IMG/VR virus record: IMGVR_UViG_3300023063_000003
Span: 2,749-66,748 of that record
From: a virus
Length of the DNA: 64,000 bases
Direction: 5' to 3' (one strand)
Shown: piece after piece, positions 1 through 9,129 of the stretch
Position numbering within the stretch: position 1 is the stretch's first letter
Layout of the letters: every line of letters starts with the position of its first letter
Notes under the pieces: generated by a model
Databases searched by the model: none
Seen by the model: the letters and a program-made list of their open reading frames with translations, nothing else
What the model was told of the DNA's origin: nothing
Translations under genes and position numbers: made by a program

Positions 1-1
1 G

Positions 2-2548
2 CACACCTCCGGTGTAGAGGCCGACGTACACGACTACATCAACAAGGTGCTGGGCAAGTCCGTGGACGTGGAGTTCGCGAAGATGCTCCACGCTGGCGAG
101 TTCTTCAAGGACGGCGCGCGCACCGCAGCAGGTATGGCTGAGGACGTGATCCGCGTCTCCGTGCACAGCCTCGATCCAATGTCGACGGCGTACCACGAAT
201 CCCTGCATGGCTTCATGGCCAAGCTCAATGACCAGAACCTGAAGGACGCAGCGTCGCCATTATTCAAAGCGGCCGACTCCCCTGGCATCCGCCTCAAGCT
301 CGAGCGCCTGCTGGTCGGCGAGCCTGCCGCGCTTAAACAGATCGCCTCGAGCAGCGAAGAGCGTGCAGCCTATATGTACCAGTTCTGGGCGAATGGCCAG
401 CTCGAACTCGGTGGCAAGGCCGCGACGACCATGGGCAAGATCGGCGAGTTCTTCCGCAAGATACTGGGCCTGTGGTCAAACGATGAGCGTGCGCTGCACA
501 TCATGGATCACTTCCAGAGCGGCGAGTATGCCAAGCAGATGAACGACCGCGGCGCGGTGCAGGCGAGCCTGCTCAAAGGGGCCGACGGTCCACTGAGCCG
601 CTTCAAGGAAATGATCGGCCCATTTGACACGCTGGCCTCGCGCGTCGTCAGCACCGGTGACGCGCAAGTGCGTGATCTGAAGAACGCCGCGCTGACGAGC
701 ATGCTCGACAAAGTCCTCTCGCCGCTGCAAGGCGACCATGGCGACGTCGGCTATATCCCGGCCGCACGCGCCAAGCGCACCGCCATGCTCAACGATCTGG
801 CTTCCGGCCTGCACGGCTATGAGCCAGCTGTCATCACTGACGCGCTGCAATCGATGCAGCGTGGTGAGCGCGGCGCGTCGCCGGCCGAGCGCCAGGTCGT
901 GATGCGCGTGCGCAAGACGCTCGACTCGATGTACGGCTACATGACAGACTCGGGCGTGAAGATGGGCGATCTCGGATATGGGAAAGATTATTTCCCGCGC
1001 GTGTGGGATGCGAACAAGGTGCTCAGCAACGAGCCGGCGTTTCGCGCCATGATGCAGCAGTACAAAGACAGTGGCGAGTTCAGCGGCTCTGTCGATCAGA
1101 TCATGGCTGCGCTCACGCGCGGTGATGGCTCCGAGCTGCAAGTGGAAACCGCCAAGCCCGGCAACCAGTTCACCAAGGAGCGTATCCTCGGCTTCATCAA
1201 AGGCCACGACGCTGCGCCCTTCCTGAACGACAACCTGTACCAGACACTCAACAGCTACATCACCCAGGGCACGAAGCGCGCCGAGTGGGCGTCGCGCTTC
1301 GGTGACGATGGCGCTGGCCTGAAGAAGATCTTCACCGACGCGCGCGCTGCCGGCGCCACGGACGATCACATCGAGCTGGCCCAGCGCTACCTGAAGGGCG
1401 TCGACGGCACACTGGGCGACTCGATCGATCCGAAGCTGCGCAAGGCGTTCGGCAACATGATCGTCTACCAGAATATCCGGCTGCTCCCGCTCGCGCTGTT
1501 TTCTTCGCTCATCGACCCGCTCGGCATCGCCGTGCGCGGTGGCTCAGCAGGCGACGCATTCAATGCCTTCAAGCGCGGCATCAAGGAAATCCCGAAGGGC
1601 TTCAAGGACGTGAACAATCGCAAGGATGACCAGTGGACCAAGGTCGCCGAGAACATGGGTGTGATCGACAGCGCCGTGCTGCAGCACACGATCGGCACGT
1701 CCTACTCACAAGGCATGACGAGCGACATCGGCCGCAAGATCAATGACACGTTCTTCAAATACAACCTGATGGAGCAGTTCAACACGTCGATGCGCGTGGC
1801 CGCAACCGAGAGCGCCGTGGGCTTCCTCGGCCGGCACGCCGATGGCACCGCCAGTCCACACAGCGCGCGGTGGCTGAAAGAGCTGGGCCTCGATACGAAG
1901 GACGTGGTCAAGCAGGCCGACGGCTCCCCGGCACTGAGCGTGGACGACTTCAAGGCCGCTGGCCAGAGTGACACCAAGGCCCAGGAGTCGGCCACCAAGA
2001 TGCAACTGGCCGTGAACAAGTGGGTCGACGGCGCTGTGCTGCGCCCGAACGCCGCGCACAAACCGATCTGGATGAATGACCCGCACTTCGCGCTGGTGTC
2101 GCATCTGAAGCAGTTCGTGTACTCGTTCCAGGAGACGATCTTAAAGCGCGTGGCCAACGAGAGCCGCAACGGTAACTTCGGGCCGGCCTACGCGCTGGCC
2201 AGCTATGTGCCGTTCATGATCGCCGCCGATCTGGTCAAGGGTCTGGCCGTCGGCGGCGGCTCGCAGCCGGCGTACAAAGACAGCTGGGACGCTGGCGACT
2301 ATCTGTGGAGCGGCGTACAGCGCGCGGGTGTGTTTGGCGTGGGCCAGTTTGGCCTGGACGCGCTCAAGGGCATCAAGCGGGGCACCACGGGCATCGGCGC
2401 GCTGGCCGGTCCCTCGGTCGAGCAGCTGGGTGACGCGGCGTCGACTGTGGGTGGTAGTGAGCAGTTCAAGACCTTCGCCATGGATGCGCTGCCGGCGAAT
2501 GCGTTGTTCTCCGCAGCAGAAGCGACGACCACCAACGCGGCCGATTAG
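2..2548 (+). CDS. C-terminal part of a large internal virion (ejection/polyvalent) protein, 5'-truncated by the window
   Basis: Frame is open from position 2. Zincin-like HESLH..EERAA motif near the start. Long helical C-terminus typical of podophage large internal proteins. Confidence 0.7.
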   Translation, partial: HTSGVEADVHDYINKVLGKSVDVEFAKMLHAGEFFKDGARTAAGMAEDVIRVSVHSLDPMSTAYHESLHGFMAKLNDQNLKDAASPLFKAADSPGIRLKLERLLVGEPAALKQIASSSEERAAYMYQFWANGQLELGGKAATTMGKIGEFFRKILGLWSNDERALHIMDHFQSGEYAKQMNDRGAVQASLLKGADGPLSRFKEMIGPFDTLASRVVSTGDAQVRDLKNAALTSMLDKVLSPLQGDHGDVGYIPAARAKRTAMLNDLASGLHGYEPAVITDALQSMQRGERGASPAERQVVMRVRKTLDSMYGYMTDSGVKMGDLGYGKDYFPRVWDANKVLSNEPAFRAMMQQYKDSGEFSGSVDQIMAALTRGDGSELQVETAKPGNQFTKERILGFIKGHDAAPFLNDNLYQTLNSYITQGTKRAEWASRFGDDGAGLKKIFTDARAAGATDDHIELAQRYLKGVDGTLGDSIDPKLRKAFGNMIVYQNIRLLPLALFSSLIDPLGIAVRGGSAGDAFNAFKRGIKEIPKGFKDVNNRKDDQWTKVAENMGVIDSAVLQHTIGTSYSQGMTSDIGRKINDTFFKYNLMEQFNTSMRVAATESAVGFLGRHADGTASPHSARWLKELGLDTKDVVKQADGSPALSVDDFKAAGQSDTKAQESATKMQLAVNKWVDGAVLRPNAAHKPIWMNDPHFALVSHLKQFVYSFQETILKRVANESRNGNFGPAYALASYVPFMIAADLVKGLAVGGGSQPAYKDSWDAGDYLWSGVQRAGVFGVGQFGLDALKGIKRGTTGIGALAGPSVEQLGDAASTVGGSEQFKTFAMDALPANALFSAAEATTTNAAD

Positions 2549-2603
2549 CTTTCCTTTAGGTAATACATTAAAATCGCTTCACTTTCTTCAAAAGGAAATT
2601 ACC

Positions 2604-2822
2604 ATGCCATCCAATAATCGCCCACAACTTCGCACCGATGGTTCGTTTGACTTCGGTCCCAATATTTTCGTCGCCGCCATGTCGGTCAACGCTGTCGGTG
2701 ATCCGCAGCTGGTCAATCCAATTAACCGCACGGTCATGCCGACGATTAATGTGGTCTCGAACGTCGCACCAAGTAATTCCGATGGCCGTCCGGACGGCAC
2801 CATTTATCTTCAAACGGCCTAA
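2604..2822 (+). CDS. Short tail-fibre anchor/adaptor-like protein (72 aa)
   Basis: AAGGA RBS before ATG 2604. Ends APSNSDGRPDGTIYLQ, a motif typical of tail-fibre ends. Confidence 0.55.
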   Translation: MPSNNRPQLRTDGSFDFGPNIFVAAMSVNAVGDPQLVNPINRTVMPTINVVSNVAPSNSDGRPDGTIYLQTA

Positions 2823-2825
2823 GTC

Positions 2826-4415
2826 ATGACGCTCAAAATTAAAGTAAATGGGGTGTGGACCGACCCCATCGGACTATTCACCAAACAGAATGGTGTCTAC
2901 GCGGCGGTGGTCGGCGCTTTCACGAAAGTGAATGGTGTGTACCAGTCAATTTTGAATACAGGCATAACCCTGCGCCAAATTTCTACACGATCGTGGTTCC
3001 CTGGTGTATCAGGTGGTCCTACCTCATCGCTCTTCCACAGTGAACACCCCGTGTTTGAGGACACAAACCAGATTCAACTTTTCTATGCGATGTTCTACTC
3101 TCGTTTAGAAACGCCGGCTGCCATTGGTCAGAAGATGGCCCTGCGCATCGAGTATCCGGTTGGAAGCGGAACTGTATTCCACATGACGTTCAATGGTGGC
3201 GCGACTACCTACACCACCACTGGTACTGAAGACATAAGCACTGATCTTATGACGCTGCCATTCACTCTGAAGGCAGGCACGTTCTACCGTATCAAAGGTG
3301 CGTGGGCATGCACGGGTAGCCCGACAGGCTCTGTTCTGTTCTGTCAGGGCGGTTCGGCACCGCAATTCAACGCTGCGCATGATCTATTGCAGTATGGTGG
3401 GTCGCTGACTACAACCAATGTATTTACCAGTCTGGACGAGGCAAGCACCGCATGGAATACCCGTGTAAATTCTGACCCATCATCAAACTATTGCATCCTG
3501 CCGTGTGCAATTGTTGGCCCTGGAACCATCCCAGCTATGTTCGTCGCAGGTGATAGTCGAACAGCAGGCGGCAGCGCGGATCAGGCAAATGATGCTACCA
3601 ACCTTAGCATGGGGGCGGGTGCCCGTATGATCGGTAACGTCTATCCATACATCAATGCGGCGCAATCTTCTGACAGCGCTGTGTACTGGACCACGACGAC
3701 ATCTGCTACTCGGCGACTGGCATACCTTCGTTTCTGTACCGGTACGCTCAATGCTATGGGCACCAATGACGCCCCTAACTATTCAGCTGGCAATGCGCAA
3801 AATCTTGTCGCACTCGATACGGCAATGAAAACGTTGATGGGCACGGCTATCCACCCGTACATGACCATGACCTTACCGCCGCAGGACGTCGACTCGAACA
3901 GCCGCTACGACATACTTGCCAACATGTCGGCTAACGTTGGCTACTCAGCAAAAGCTGTTCTCAATGCCTACCGCCTCGCCCAAGTAGGTAATGGTGGAAT
4001 GTACGACCACACGTTTGACCAAGCCCCACTAGCGCAAGACCCTAGCGACTCGACAAAGTACCGTGTTGATCCGCGTGCGCGCCAATTGGCCGTAAGCACC
4101 ACTGTCGGTTCAAGCACCGTCAACGTGACGAGCGGAACGCTCACGCCCGCTGATGATTTCGCACAGGCGCGTGTGATGGGTGCAGGAACTTCCGGTGCCA
4201 ACCTTGATGTCATTATTCGGTACGTAAGCGCAACGTCTTTCACGATGACTAAACTGGCGCAGTATAATTTTGGGCCGGTCGTTGTCAACGCCGCGACTGC
4301 GGTAACAGGTGGGGTTTGCTGGTTCGGTACGCGATACAGCACGTCGGACGGCATCCATGAGCAGCCACGTTTAGGTGTCTCGTACCAGACCATCGCGCTG
4401 TCGGCTCGCTTGTAA
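2826..4415 (+). CDS. Tail spike / receptor-binding protein with SGNH/GDSL esterase domain
   Basis: N-terminal KxNGxW/Y repeats. SGNH blocks GDS (VAGDSR), GxND (MGTND) and DxxH (DGIH). GC appears lower than the flanks. Confidence 0.7.
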   Translation: MTLKIKVNGVWTDPIGLFTKQNGVYAAVVGAFTKVNGVYQSILNTGITLRQISTRSWFPGVSGGPTSSLFHSEHPVFEDTNQIQLFYAMFYSRLETPAAIGQKMALRIEYPVGSGTVFHMTFNGGATTYTTTGTEDISTDLMTLPFTLKAGTFYRIKGAWACTGSPTGSVLFCQGGSAPQFNAAHDLLQYGGSLTTTNVFTSLDEASTAWNTRVNSDPSSNYCILPCAIVGPGTIPAMFVAGDSRTAGGSADQANDATNLSMGAGARMIGNVYPYINAAQSSDSAVYWTTTTSATRRLAYLRFCTGTLNAMGTNDAPNYSAGNAQNLVALDTAMKTLMGTAIHPYMTMTLPPQDVDSNSRYDILANMSANVGYSAKAVLNAYRLAQVGNGGMYDHTFDQAPLAQDPSDSTKYRVDPRARQLAVSTTVGSSTVNVTSGTLTPADDFAQARVMGAGTSGANLDVIIRYVSATSFTMTKLAQYNFGPVVVNAATAVTGGVCWFGTRYSTSDGIHEQPRLGVSYQTIALSARL

Positions 4416-4489
4416 AACATAGGTAAAAGGAGCCTGGACTGGAAGATCGGAGGGACAACGGAATGGCTCTACGCCCGGTGAACCTTCCT

Positions 4490-4598
4490 TTCTTCTATTC
4501 TTCCATATTATTATTATTATTATTATTATTTAAAAATATAGAAGAAGTGAATAAGTGCCAGAGAAATTTTCGGCGATGGAAGTGTGGAAGTATGGAAT
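4490..4598. repeat. AT-rich element A: 9-bp inverted repeat around (TAT)8, followed by three GGAA repeats; candidate replication origin element
   Basis: TTCTTCTAT 4490-4498 / ATAGAAGAA 4538-4546; (TAT)8 4506-4529; GGAA at 4578, 4586, 4594. Confidence 0.6.
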
Positions 4599-4661
4599 AG
4601 TGGTGCCATAGTTCGGGACTGTGCGTCCCATGCAAACAGAGTCATGGCCCTCATATTGAAG

Positions 4662-4699
4662 AAGCCCAGATAGGTAAAACCTGTCCGGGCTTTTGTTTT
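4662..4699. terminator. Intrinsic terminator between convergent late and early arms
   Basis: AAGCCCAGATAGG-TAAAA-CCTGTCCGGGCTT hairpin followed by TTGTTTT. Confidence 0.7.
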
Positions 4700-4713
4700 A
4701 TTGCGATGCGAGT

Positions 4714-5727
4714 TTAATCCAGCGGCACCAGGGCATGCACCACGGCGCGGAAGATGAAGTCCTTCGCCTGCTGTTCCGGTGGCAGCTGATTAAACGGCAT
4801 GATGCACGGGTGCTGCTTGTTGACCGGATCTTTATAAGCGCCGTACGTCCAGCCGTCAGCGACCTTCTGGGCCGTCCAGCTTGCGTGCGACGCTTCAGGG
4901 CCGGCGTCCGGATTCGTGGTATGCAGCGTCACGCCCATCTTGGCCGAGGAACGTTGCCATTCAGGCGCGTCTTCCCACGCTGGCTGGCTCAGATCGCCCA
5001 GGGCCTCGCAGTAGGCTTTATTGACCTCGTGGGCAACACGAGCCACGTCGTCCTGGCTAAACGCTGCCTTGGCCCCATTCTGGCCCTCCATGGCGAGGTT
5101 TTCCTTGAGTAAATAGCCTTCGAGCATCCAAACCTTGTCGATAGCCATTTTGCGGGCAATATGCCGGCCGATCTCGGCGTCGAAGTTCTCCGCGCTGGCG
5201 CAGGCCGACTCACCCGTGACCGTGAAGCCGTTCTTGAGCGTGAGGACGCAAAAGGTGAGCAGGCCAAGCGACGGGCTGAGCGCTTCGACACCAGTGTAGC
5301 TGGCCAGCGCACCCTGATCAGCGGTGAAGTAATTCTCGGCCACGACGGTGTCGTTGATATGGTCTAGCGTGACGCGCGGCGCTTGGCCCGGGGCATAGGC
5401 TTTGATCGACTGGGCAATCATGGCGTCGGCGATCTTGCCGGTGTCATTCATTTTCTTTTCGACCGCTTCGGTCTTCGCTGCTTGCCCCAACTGGTACGGC
5501 ATCCACTCGGCGAACTCGGCGCCGGGTTTGGCATCGCCTTCCTGGACGAGCAGCACCGACGTGCGCGCATAGGCTACACCGTTCGCGTCAGAGACCATCA
5601 AGTTGACGCAGCGGTCGTTCCACACCTTAGCGACGATCGCCGCCAGTGGTTGACCTGCTGCGGCCGCGCCGGGGAAGCCCCGGGCAGGATAGTAGTGGAC
5701 GATGCGGCCCACGGTAGGTTTGATCAT
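4714..5727 (-). CDS. Three-domain protein: KPTVGRIVHY domain + Phage_gp49_66 (Acb4-like) domain + RyR domain; candidate nucleotide-signal sponge
   Basis: Middle LTFCVLTLKNGFTVTGESAC..NFDAEIG..IA..W.LEGYLL (gp49/66 signature). C-terminal HxxW..K..DGWTYG..KD..K.HPC..P...LP..Q..KD (RyR repeat). Confidence 0.75.
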   Translation of the reverse strand: MIKPTVGRIVHYYPARGFPGAAAAGQPLAAIVAKVWNDRCVNLMVSDANGVAYARTSVLLVQEGDAKPGAEFAEWMPYQLGQAAKTEAVEKKMNDTGKIADAMIAQSIKAYAPGQAPRVTLDHINDTVVAENYFTADQGALASYTGVEALSPSLGLLTFCVLTLKNGFTVTGESACASAENFDAEIGRHIARKMAIDKVWMLEGYLLKENLAMEGQNGAKAAFSQDDVARVAHEVNKAYCEALGDLSQPAWEDAPEWQRSSAKMGVTLHTTNPDAGPEASHASWTAQKVADGWTYGAYKDPVNKQHPCIMPFNQLPPEQQAKDFIFRAVVHALVPLD

Positions 5728-5808
5728 GACTTGCCTTTCGATGTGCCGCGACTTCGCACGATGCCGGCGCGCGGCTGACCAGGAACAGCGGACCTTTTAC
5801 AGCGCGTG

Positions 5809-6474
5809 CTAGGCAGCGAGCACCTTTCTGTACTCAGCCAACAGCGCTTTATACAGCTCGGCCATGAACGTATCACCCGGCTCGAACGTGTCCATCAAGC
5901 GGGTCAGCACGACGTTGTCTTCTTCGCCGAACCAAATCTTGATGTACGTGCCCTGTTTATAGCCATGATCCTGACGGAAAAAGTTCAGGACATTCTTGGC
6001 CACGTACTGACGGTACATATCGTCCCAGCTCATCGCCATGTCACCCATCAGGGTTTCAAACAGCAGCAGGCTAGTGCGGCGCGCGACGGCCAGACCGATC
6101 AACAGCTCGAGACGATCCGTGAAGGTCATCGCGGCCAGGACGTAAGCTCTGCCATCGAAGTAGATAGCGTCGCCCGCATAGATGCTCTCCACGGACGACG
6201 TGAGTTCACCAGTGGCCGCGACGACATCGCCATCATGGGCAATCAGCGTGTGGGACAGCATGAAGTGCCAGATGTCGACCAGCTCCATGCGCACCTGCGG
6301 CACGTCGGTCGACTGCTGCTTCCACCATTTCCAGCCATAGTGTTCCATGGCCTCGGCGCCTTCGACAATGGCCGCGCGCAGGAATGGGTAGCCGGCTTTG
6401 AGCCAGCCAGGATTGACCTTGGCGTTCATTTCCAACTGCAGCTTCAGCATGCGCAATGCTTGAGCGGTCTTCAT
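5809..6474 (-). CDS. dut: Dimeric (all-alpha) dUTPase
   Basis: WKWWK, ELVDIWHF and KNVLNFFRQDHGYK motifs of the dUTPase_2 family. Confidence 0.88.
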   Translation of the reverse strand: MKTAQALRMLKLQLEMNAKVNPGWLKAGYPFLRAAIVEGAEAMEHYGWKWWKQQSTDVPQVRMELVDIWHFMLSHTLIAHDGDVVAATGELTSSVESIYAGDAIYFDGRAYVLAAMTFTDRLELLIGLAVARRTSLLLFETLMGDMAMSWDDMYRQYVAKNVLNFFRQDHGYKQGTYIKIWFGEEDNVVLTRLMDTFEPGDTFMAELYKALLAEYRKVLAA

Positions 6475-6677
6475 TTGACACCGACGTTTTCGTTGAGCCA
6501 GATGATCAGGCCGTTCTTGTCGGTCGGGACATCAATCGACTCGCGCTCCGGACGCTTTTCTGCGGTACCGTCAGCCTTGAGCTTCGTGGACAGCTGGCTC
6601 GCTGCTGCATCACTTGAAGCGAACTGGCGGCGCACTGTATTGGTGTTGTCGGTGTACGTGACTTGGTAAAGTTTCAT
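6471..6677 (-). CDS. Hypothetical phage protein
   Basis: AAGGAG RBS; stop overlaps the dUTPase start. Confidence 0.6.
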   Translation of the reverse strand: MKLYQVTYTDNTNTVRRQFASSDAAASQLSTKLKADGTAEKRPERESIDVPTDKNGLIIWLNENVGVK

Positions 6678-6680
6678 GCG

Positions 6681-6920
6681 TTACTCCTTGGTTGGTGCTG
6701 CGTTAAAAAGTTTTTCTTCAAGCGCCTTGTCGCGCTTGATGTTCGGTGCCCAGGCGATAAAGCCACCATCGCTGGTCCACACACCGGGTACCTGCTTGCC
6801 GCCCTCAGTGAGCAGCTGCACGTGCGTGCCGTGCGGCGCCGGCTCGCCGTTGGCAGGGTAACGCCAACGGGACTCATTGGCGACGGAGTAGCCTTCGGGA
6901 TTCGTGCGCGTCGTCATCAC
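6681..6920 (-). CDS. Small phage protein (DUF551-like)
   Basis: W..P...AP.G..V.LL...W......AWAP pattern. Confidence 0.5.
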   Translation of the reverse strand: MMTTRTNPEGYSVANESRWRYPANGEPAPHGTHVQLLTEGGKQVPGVWTSDGGFIAWAPNIKRDKALEEKLFNAAPTKE

Positions 6921-7915
6921 ATATCCCGAGCGTCACGAAAGCCAATGAACACCGGGTGCCGCGGCGCGTCGACAACACCATGTTCAAAGTGCTTGAACTT
7001 GATGATCTTGCCCAGCAGCTCTTTTGGTTTGTACCAGAACTCCTGGCGCTCCGCCGCCGTCATGCCGGTACCGATGTTGAAGGTGTAGGCACTTTCGACA
7101 CGCTTGCCATTCTCATCGATAAAGATGCGCCGGCAGACGAACGCACCAAGCGTCCCTTTGCCGTGTTTGTTTTCCTTATGCGAGCTGCGCTTGGTGCGGC
7201 CCAGCTCGTTCGTCGTGGCGACGTTGTCGTTCATCTGCTCTTCGACATAATCGACCACGATCGCCTCGCCATCCGAGAAGCGCTTGAGCTTGAGCAGCCC
7301 GCCTTCGCGCACGGTGCTGCGGCCGAATTTATACGCACCATTGGGATCGCGGACCATGACGCCCTCGTAGCCGTCGACCAGCTGCTTGGCCTCGTATTCA
7401 TCGAGTTCTTCGATGCACGTGATTAGCTTGTGCTCAACGATATCGAACGGGCAGTCGATGAGCGGCGCGCTGTATTCAAGACGATTCGCCATGGCCAGCG
7501 CCGGCCAGTTGTCCTGAAGGCGTGTCACACGCTCGCGCGCAGTCGTCAAGCGCTCGTCGAACCCGGTACCCAGGGCTGCGTCGAAACTGTCGAACACGTG
7601 GAACGTGAACACCGGCGTCTTGTTGATCGACATGACACCGCTCGTCGTGTTCTGCATGGCGTTCGGGTCCGTGGCACTGCCTACGATCAGCTCGCCGTCC
7701 AGACCGATCGCCTCGACGATGCCGAGTGTGCACTCGACATGGCGATTCGGGATCGGCTTCATGGAGCGCGACATGACGTGGACAACACCCGGCGCCGAAG
7801 AGGCATGCAGCGTCGCGCGCACGCCGTCGATCTTCGGGCTGGCCAGGACAGGGAAGCGGATGTCACTACTGGTGTCTGGTTTGCCGGCAAGCATCGGCTT
7901 GAACATTTTGCTCAT
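6917..7915 (-). CDS. lig: ATP-dependent DNA ligase
   Basis: Motif I SPKIDGVR, LDGEL, EGVMVR, LLKLK and C-terminal OB fold (IGTG, PRHPVF). Confidence 0.93.
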   Translation of the reverse strand: MSKMFKPMLAGKPDTSSDIRFPVLASPKIDGVRATLHASSAPGVVHVMSRSMKPIPNRHVECTLGIVEAIGLDGELIVGSATDPNAMQNTTSGVMSINKTPVFTFHVFDSFDAALGTGFDERLTTARERVTRLQDNWPALAMANRLEYSAPLIDCPFDIVEHKLITCIEELDEYEAKQLVDGYEGVMVRDPNGAYKFGRSTVREGGLLKLKRFSDGEAIVVDYVEEQMNDNVATTNELGRTKRSSHKENKHGKGTLGAFVCRRIFIDENGKRVESAYTFNIGTGMTAAERQEFWYKPKELLGKIIKFKHFEHGVVDAPRHPVFIGFRDARDM

Positions 7916-8175
7916 TTCTTTTTCCTCTTATGCAGCACGCCTGAATAGGCTTGCACCAATGCGAACTTCGCGTCTTCAAACTGATCGTCATCACCCAACT
8001 GGCGCACGCCCGGTGCATAGAAGTTGCGCGTGACCGGGTCGTGCTCGGCGGTACCGACCATGCGGTCACGCAGGCGATTTGCCAAGCCGTGCATGATGTC
8101 GACCGTGCCGTCCGGGATTTCCTTGTCGGCGCAGATGCCCAACTCGCCAGTTTTCCAGCAGTAGAGAACAGCCAT
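7912..8175 (-). CDS. Small protein resembling phage 'host nuclease inhibitor' proteins
   Basis: YCW.TG.L....P.G and ...PGV pattern; coupled to neighbouring genes. Confidence 0.45.
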   Translation of the reverse strand: MAVLYCWKTGELGICADKEIPDGTVDIMHGLANRLRDRMVGTAEHDPVTRNFYAPGVRQLGDDDQFEDAKFALVQAYSGVLHKRKKK

Positions 8176-8520
8176 TATTTTTTGCCCTTTGCTTTATCGG
8201 AGACCTTGCTGCGAAAGACGATGCGCAACGCTTTGAGCGCCAGCGCATCGCCGCCCTTGGCCATGCCGGCCACGTGAACACGTGCGGCCTCGTCGTGCTT
8301 GAAACGGGTACCGAACGTCTGAATCTCGAAAAACACTTTCGTGGTTTTCTCATCGACGCATTCATACACGCCCCAGCCCTGTGCTGCCGACTCACTGCCT
8401 TCATGGTCTGACCATGAGGTATCAACGGCGTTCTGCGATGCTTTGGCAGAACGTGCAGTTGAAGTAGCCGAGGTCGACGCGGCGCGGGTCGACTTCTTGA
8501 CCACAGATACACGTACCATC
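8175..8520 (-). CDS. Hypothetical phage protein (start uncertain)
   Basis: Globular AAQGWGVYE..F..DEAAR segment. The nearest in-frame ATG lies inside the TraR-like gene. Confidence 0.45.
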
Positions 8521-8622
8521 AAAATTCTCCGGTTTTTTCTGTTTAATCCGCGCCTTGAAAATCCCGGCGGTGACTTCGGCCAGAGAAATCTTCTCGGCCA
8601 TTTCGAGGTGATTCTCGTCCAA
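8422..8622 (-). CDS. TraR/DksA C4 zinc-finger protein
   Basis: C-x-CGQEVDPRR-x6-C-x2-C; TTG start with upstream GGAAG. Confidence 0.7.
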   Translation of the reverse strand: MDENHLEMAEKISLAEVTAGIFKARIKQKKPENFDGTCICGQEVDPRRVDLGYFNCTFCQSIAERR

Positions 8623-8722
8623 TTATTTTCTTCCCGAGGTGATACAAAAGCCAGGTCGTCAGCACGATACGGTACGTCGAACTGATGACCCGGGACGTGG
8701 TAAAAAGAGGCATGAAATTCAT
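8543..8722 (-). CDS. Small putative membrane protein (59 aa, below the ORF-track cutoff)
   Basis: MNFMPLFTTSRVISSTYRIVLTTWLLYHLGKK...; starts 3 nt after the upstream stop. Confidence 0.45.
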   Translation of the reverse strand: MNFMPLFTTSRVISSTYRIVLTTWLLYHLGKKIIGRESPRNGREDFSGRSHRRDFQGAD

Positions 8723-8724
8723 GC

Positions 8725-9129
8725 TTACCCCTGGGTGACGCCGATAATAAATTCCGCGATCTCACGCGGGGTGAGAATGCGCTTCATGAATTCGGCTTTG
8801 GTTAATGGGTGTTCCCACTCGCGGTGCACGAAGATCACACCGCCCATCGGGGAGCCGATGACGACGGCCAGATTGCGCCCTTCCTCATGGCGATTTAAAC
8901 CCCAGTCAAGCTGCAATGCTGACAGATCAATCGGCACGATCGTACTGTCCCGCAATGGCAGAGGCTCGAACTTGTATTCGATCCAGAGATCAGCGTGGTG
9001 CCCAGAGTACCAGCAGTCCCAAATGCCCGAGGTGTACAGGTTATTATTTTTCATATAGTAGGGATCATGGCGGCCGGCCGGCAGATGTGCGTGCACCCGG
9101 CCAGTGAAGCGGGTCTCTGGGCCAGACAT
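8725..9129 (-). CDS. PD-(D/E)XK nuclease, Holliday-junction resolvase / VRR-NUC-like
   Basis: E..F, GI.D, WIEYK and LS..Q..W motifs. Confidence 0.7.
   Translation of the reverse strand: MSGPETRFTGRVHAHLPAGRHDPYYMKNNNLYTSGIWDCWYSGHHADLWIEYKFEPLPLRDSTIVPIDLSALQLDWGLNRHEEGRNLAVVIGSPMGGVIFVHREWEHPLTKAEFMKRILTPREIAEFIIGVTQG

Noticed and set aside
4400-4415. SGNH spike also ends in ARL*, and a short early ORF near 37250 ends TRLKEK*
   Set aside because: Different context and no clear preceding shared helix. Probably chance, so excluded from the RL-tail set.
8682-8720. Hammerhead ribozyme core (CTGATGA...GAAA)
   Set aside because: No stem II closing pair or cleavage-site helix, and it is antisense to coding ORFs.
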